Positions 58,442 to 64,000 of a stretch of 64,000 nt of DNA are shown here, one piece after another. Made by a program: the position numbers and the translations under genes. This DNA comes from Octopus vulgaris. Taxonomy: Eukaryota. The notes beneath the pieces were generated by a model. It was not told the DNA's origin and ran no database searches. It saw nothing but the letters and a program-made list of their open reading frames with translations. Where the stretch lies: assembly GCA_951406725.2 (NCBI GenBank), contig OX597820.1, positions 121,644,001 through 121,708,000 on the forward strand, written 5' to 3'. Position 1 is the first letter of the stretch. Each line of letters starts with the position of its first letter.

Positions 58442-58524
<83 letters not shown>

Positions 58525-58532
58525 TAATATAT

Positions 58533-58855
58533 GTCTCAGTGGTTAGAGTTCATTTTCTTGAGGTAGTGAGTTCGATTCACGCACTGAGCTCTGTTATGTC
58601 CTTGAGCAAATCACTTTATTTCAGGTTACTCCATTTCCCGCAGCCGTAGGAATGAGTTGTGACGTCACAGGTGCCAAGCTGTATCGGCCACTATGCCTTT
58701 CCCTTGCATAAGATTGGTGGCGTGGAGGCGGGCGGTTGGTATGCATGGGCGACTACTGGTTTTCCATAACCAACTTAGCCCGGACTTGCACTTCAGAGGG
58801 GAACTTTGTAGTTCAATCCAATATTCATTCATGACCGAAGGGGGTCTTTACCCTT
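58533..58855 (+). mobile_element. tRNA-derived SINE, decayed copy of the 25235 subfamily
   Basis: GTCCTTGAGCAAATCACTT..GACGTCACAGGTGCCAAGCTGTATCGGCC. Confidence 0.85.
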
Positions 58856-59289
58856 TACACACATACACACATACACACACATACACACACACATACATAC
58901 ACATACACACACATACATATACACACATACACACACACATACTCATGTATATTTGTGCGAGTGAGAATTCTAGTAACTATTTAGTAAACTATTTAGTACT
59001 AGAATTCTAGTAAATGGTCGTAGAGAATGAGATATATTTGAAGAGAAGAATGTAATCCTGACTATATCGTCGTAAATGTCTTTCTACGAAAACCCGTTCT
59101 TCACCCGCTGCTAAGATCCAAGTACCATTGTTTTCTTGCAGCAGAGAGATGTCGACGATGGGCATACGATGTATAAGCCCTGAACTCATCATGACATCAT
59201 GACATGATAGGGAAAATTGCCCAACCATTTTGTACTGGAATATTTATTTTCGCTCTTGCATCTCACGTTTGATCTCTGACTTCTAGCCA

Positions 59290-59515
59290 GAATCATATCG
59301 CCATGTTGAATCGCTAGCTTCTGCACGCATTTTTTTTTCTCTCCTTGTTTCTTTCCGTGCTTATTTTCTGTGTATCTTTCTGTTGAAGAGCGTAGGCTCG
59401 AAACGTAAAAGACTTGTTTTATTTATATTCCTGAGCGCCATGCTAATACAATTGTTTGTTTGTACTCCACCTGCCTTCGTCTTTTGTTTATTTTTGTAAA
59501 CCTTCCCGTTATGTA
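59290..59515 (+). mobile_element. PLE pseudo-LTR fragment with HHR-like motif at 59375-59412 (core CTGTTGA)
   Basis: tcttt-CTGTTGA-a-gagc-gtag-gctc-GAAA-cgta-aaaga, then TTCCTGAGCG..CCACCTGCCTTCGTC; ends at a TA run. Confidence 0.75.
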
Positions 59516-60060
59516 TATATTATTATTAGAAAACAGCAACTTATCTAATTGTAATGTATACTTGGAATTCACGAATCACGTCTTAACTGATTTAGTCGTG
59601 GTAATCAATAATACTGGTCTATGTCGAATTTGAAACTGGAGGATAATTTTGATGGTTAGACTTTGTTAGATTTATGAAGTCAGAAGGAATCCAAAATACT
59701 TGATTTACGGAAAGATTTCATGAACGATCATTGAGAAGAAAATACCACAAACTACCTTTCCATTCCTTCTTGAAACGAAGACTGAAAATAGATTGTATTG
59801 GTCACAAAAAAGGAGAAATGCTTGATTACATCAGACTAACTCGCAGAACAGCTTTCATGAGTGGAGTTCTCTCCCGTTGAAACATCAGACAAAGAAGAAT
59901 TAGATCTAAGTGGCAGTACCTCATTAATTTCTGGTTTTCGTTGGGAGGGTTTCAGGAAATAATATTGGTAAGAGTAGCCATGAGTGGAACTCAGGTATGT
60001 TGAATGCCTGCTTGTAACAAAGTCAAAGCACATTATACAAACTTTTTCACGCAAATACAC

Positions 60061-60183
<123 letters not shown>

Positions 60184-60193
60184 TACATATAGT

Positions 60194-60480
60194 GGAGGCG
60201 CAATGGCCTAGTGGTTAGGGCAGCGGACTCGCGGTCGTAGGATCGCGGTTTCGATTCCCAGACCGGGCGTTGTGAGTGTTTATTGAGCGAAAACACCTAA
60301 AAGCTCCACGAGGCTGTGGTGATCCCTGCTGTACTCTTTCACCACTCTTTCTCCCACTCTTTCTTCTGTTGGCCTGCTCGCTTAGCCAGCCGGGTGGCGT
60401 CATTCGAAGGCTAAAACAATGCGAACGCATTGTGACCAGCGATGTGTAACTACATCTGATGGACTGGTTGGTCACGTGAT
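60194..60480 (+). mobile_element. tRNA-derived SINE group A with an alternative tail
   Basis: Head nearly identical to that of 35200-35576; tail GAAGGCTAAAACAATGCG..GTGACCAGCGATGTG. Confidence 0.9.
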
Positions 60481-60490
60481 GGTGACATAC

Positions 60491-60521
<31 letters not shown>

Positions 60522-60529
60522 CACGAGCG

Positions 60530-60848
60530 TTCTGTCGGTTACGACGACAATGGACCCATCCGATCCGATCAACAGAACAGAATTGCCCATGAAATTAACG
60601 TGCATATGACTGAGCACTCCACAGATACGGGTGCCCTTAATATAGTTCTCAGGAAGATTTAGCGTGACACAGGGTGTGATAAAGCTGGCCCGTTTTGAAA
60701 TACAGGTACTACTTATTTTTTTTTTTAGCTGAGTGGACTGGAGCAACGTGAAATAAAGTGTGTTGCTCAAGGACTCAACGCATCCCCAGGAACTGAACTT
60801 ATGACCTTACAATCTTGAACCAAATGATTTAGCTACTAAGCCACACGC
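60530..60848 (-). mobile_element. tRNA-derived SINE group A variant
   Basis: Similar to 37356-37668. Confidence 0.85.
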
Positions 60849-60850
60849 TT

Positions 60851-60950
<100 letters not shown>

Positions 60951-60973
60951 TATAATTATACATATATATATAA

Positions 60974-61008
<35 letters not shown>

Positions 61009-61329
61009 CATATACATATACATATAAGAATTTATATATATATATATATATATATATAAATATGCATATATATATATGTATGTATATATGTATATGCATA
61101 TACATATAAGAATTTTTGCGTAATAAAATAAAAAAACAAGGCTGTATAGATATTAGAGCATTTATTGATAGAGGGTCTTATAGCTCTTTCTATGATATTA
61201 ATTAATAATAATATCCCTTCATCGGAGACGGTGTGAGAAGAAACTTGAGTCATAGTTAGTTTAGATGTGATACAAAATAGAGAGTGAGGTGGAGGAAAGA
61301 AAATAGATGTAAGATGTGTATGGGTATTG

Positions 61330-61590
61330 AAGTTGTAAATCCGTTTTATAGGCATAATGGTATATATGCAATATTCCAATATCCTTTGAGTAAAAGTCCA
61401 ACAGAGTTCAATGTGAGTCCTTCCAAATATAGAGTTTATAAGCAATGTAAGATTCCCTTATGAGTGAGATCCTGCAGATTTTTAAACTTGGACATTCCCG
61501 GTAGAGAATTTATATACAGTGTTGCAGAGTCAAAGGTTTGTATTTCAAATGATCTAGAAATAAGGAGTGTATTAGCATGGTTAAATTGAA
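61330..61590 (-). pseudogene. Possible highly decayed reverse-transcriptase fragment (PLE-type)
   Basis: IQTFDSATLYIN resembles the xFDFxxLYTN RT motif; no YxDD seen; PLE debris nearby. Confidence 0.3.
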
Positions 61591-61897
61591 AACAGGAAGA
61601 TAGGAATGAAAGAAAGAGAAAAAACAGGAAGAGAAAAAAGAGGGGAGAAAGAAAGACTGAAAGAGAAAGGCGAGAGAAGATTAGTAAAAATAACAAAATA
61701 ATGAAAAATTTTGAAAAAGGCCCTGAAGATATGAATAAAGGGAATAAAGAAAAAAGAAAAATTAAAATATAGATCAGTCAGTGGTCAGTGGAGATAATTT
61801 GAAAGTAGGAGTGGGGATAGAGAGAGAGAAAGGTATTATGGTGTAAAAGATAGAGGAATGGGGGTGTTAAGAGGTTAAGGAAAGCCAGTGTGTCGTA

Positions 61898-61939
<42 letters not shown>

Positions 61940-61942
<3 letters not shown>

Positions 61943-62038
61943 TAGTCGCCATGATAGATCGTTAGCCACTACACACATTTTTTCTCTCCTTGTTTCTCCC
62001 TTTGTTTTTTCGGTGTCCCTTTCTGTAGAAGAGCGTAG
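61940..62038 (+). mobile_element. Truncated PLE pLTR fragment ending inside an HHR-like motif (CTGTAGAAGAGCGTAG)
   Basis: CGCCATGATAGATCGTTAGCCACTACACACATTTTT.. homologous to the reverse complement of 9330-9420 and to 59299-59395. Confidence 0.7.
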
Positions 62039-62058
62039 TAGTTTTTCGTAAAATACCC

Positions 62059-62128
<70 letters not shown>

Positions 62129-62330
62129 TAGGTGAAAGAATTATCCTATGTTTATCGTCAGCATGGAAAATTCGTTTAACTGAAACCTGGGTAGCAAATT
62201 CACGTCAGAAAACATGGTTGAAGCGACTTGTCAAGTGTAGAAACTCCGGGTTCCTGTGTAGAAATTTGCGTGTTGTATATGAATAAATGAAAGAATGGAG
62301 TTCAACGAAGATGTTAACAAAATTCCTTTA

Positions 62331-62412
62331 CTCTCGACACATGTTTCGAAGACAGCATATTTTTATTCCGAAGGAATAAATGGTGCATTATGCAATCTTC
62401 TCATCAGGAAAG
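62331..62412 (-). ncRNA. Intact type I hammerhead ribozyme, left arm
   Basis: Reverse complement ctttc-CTGATGA-gaaga...tcttc-GAAA-c-atgt-g-TC-gagag. Confidence 0.85.
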
Positions 62413-62680
62413 ATAAGGAGCCTCTCTCAACCACAAGACGAACAAAAATTTCGATGATTGCCTACATGGTAACCACAGCGATAATAAGTGTTTTTTTTTT
62501 TTAAATCCGTTATAAGCATTGACGTCAAAAATGGGTGGTAGGAGAAAGTAAAAATACCCATTTTTGACGTCAATGCTTAAAATGGATTTTTTAAAAAAAC
62601 ATCACTCATTATCGCTGTGGTTACCATGTAGGCAATCATCGAAATTTTTGTTCGTCTTGTGGTTGGGAGAGGCTCCTTAT

Positions 62681-62762
62681 CTTTCCTGATGAGAAGATTG
62701 CATAATGCACCCTTTATTCCTTCGGAATAAAAATATGCTGTCTTCGAAACATGTGTCGAGAG
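62681..62762 (+). ncRNA. Intact type I hammerhead ribozyme, right arm
   Basis: Stem I ctttc/gagag; core CTGATGA 62686-62692; extended stem II gaaga/tcttc, gcata/tatgc, tttattcc/ggaataaa; GAAA 62746-62749; palindromic ACATGT; GUC triad with predicted cleavage after 62757. Confidence 0.85.
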
Positions 62763-62809
62763 TAAAGGAATTTTGTTAACATCTTCGTTCGGCTCCATTC
62801 TTTCATTTA

Positions 62810-62864
<55 letters not shown>

Positions 62865-63009
62865 ACATGCATATATATATTTATACATATATACATATAC
62901 ATACCTGTGTATGTGTGTGAGTGGTGATATTGGCGTTTGTGCTGCATTCGTTGAATCCAACTCAGAATGATCATCAAGTAAAAAGGATGTTTAAAACGAA
63001 TTTACCCAG

Positions 63010-63169
63010 ATTATATACACATTGGCGACAACAAATCCGTCGATCGAGAAGGAACTAAACTTCCATCAGAATCTTCGCAGAATTCACGTATTTCCTTCAC
63101 TCTACATACCACAAAATATGTGATGGTCTTCGCTGTGCTCACGGTTATTAATGGGATCATGACTTCATA
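63010..63169 (+). CDS. Weak candidate terminal exon encoding a hydrophobic C-terminus
   Basis: aatttacccag| then (D)YIHIGDNKSVDREGTKLPSESSQNSRISFTLHTTKYVMVFAVLTVINGIMTS*; acceptor weak, no recognised homology. Confidence 0.25.
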
Positions 63170-63532
63170 AAGAACATCAGGAACGAATCAGAAAGCAGGA
63201 ATCTACGCGAGTGATCTATGAACTTCATAGAGGGAGAGAACATCATATTATTTCGAGAGAAAATAAACAAATATTTAAGGCTTTTGCACAAACACGTGAA
63301 CGTAAAGACACACACATACACACGCAAAGAAACACACACACATATATACACATAAATATTATCTATCTATCTATCTATCTATCTATATATATATATATAT
63401 ATATTTATACATATATATATATACACACACACATACACAAACACACGTATACACCACAACAGACACATTCACAAACGCACATATACACACACAAAGCACA
63501 TTTATTCAAGAAGAATTAAAACTCAAACCTAC

Positions 63533-63613
<81 letters not shown>

Positions 63614-64000
63614 CATACATACATATATACACGTGTGTGGATGCCCCGGCATACGTACATCATCCTCCATTGTTGTCGTCCCTTGACAAATTGTATGACT
63701 GTAGACATTAAAGGAAAAATGTAAATACCATGTCATTCATTTTGGCTTACATTTCTTGTACATCATCATCATCACCATTGCAATCGCCGTTGACGATATC
63801 ATCATCATCGGCATCATCTTCATCATCCCGTCCCTTTTTCCATTTCCTTCGGTCTCTTCTTCTTCTTCTTCCTCTCTGTCTCCCACTCTTCTCATACTTC
63901 TCTCCTCCCCACCACTTCACTCTGCCCTCACCCTCTCAGACCTACATCTCCACACAATCCATCTTGTAACAGCTGTTTCATTAGAAAAGATAGAGATCTC

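Larger units (their letters stand above)
62276..62818. mobile_element. ~540-bp palindrome of two inverted PLE-type pseudo-LTRs (~260-bp arms, 19-nt spacer)
   Basis: Arms 62276-62536 / 62556-62818; mirror ORFs MEFNEDVNK (+) and MEPNEDVNK (-) in the ORF track; right end runs into (TA)n. Confidence 0.9.

Noticed and set aside
59836-60060. Minus-strand ORF resembling a terminal exon
   Set aside because: No homology or partner exon, and it conflicts with an equally weak plus-strand model.
60194-60270. tRNA-like sequence, also at ~35500-35576, 51211 and 25235
   Set aside because: These are SINE heads: the acceptor stem is incomplete and they continue into repeat bodies, so they are not tRNA genes.
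62295-62798. Two near-identical ~70-aa ORFs (MEFNEDVNK / MEPNEDVNK)
   Set aside because: Mirror products of the palindrome, antisense to the ribozymes, with no recognisable domain.

Overview
AT-rich eukaryotic DNA dominated by microsatellites and interspersed repeats, with no long intact ORF. Nearly all ORFs in the supplied track are translations of (TA)n, (TACA)n, (GATA)n, (TG)n or trinucleotide runs. The SINE inventory and microsatellite load resemble an Octopus (cephalopod) genome; this is an inference from recalled repeat families, not a database result. Supported content: (1) more than 25 tRNA-head SINE copies or fragments in three main groups, with shuffled head, core and tail modules; (2) Penelope-like element (PLE) remnants, namely a decayed GIY-YIG endonuclease at 26-428 (-) and several pseudo-LTR fragments carrying minimal hammerhead ribozyme (HHR) motifs, mostly next to (TA)n; (3) two mariner-derived fold-back elements, one built from duplicated 5' ends and one from duplicated 3' ends, plus a Tc1/mariner-superfamily transposase relic interrupted by a SINE; (4) many short-range inverted duplications tied to microsatellites; (5) a candidate two-exon 3' end of an unidentified host gene at 26.8-27.3 kb and weaker exon and promoter hints. 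The most striking object is a ~540-bp palindrome at 62276-62818. It carries two intact, outward-facing hammerhead ribozymes, and two perfect CRE sites flank its 19-nt centre.
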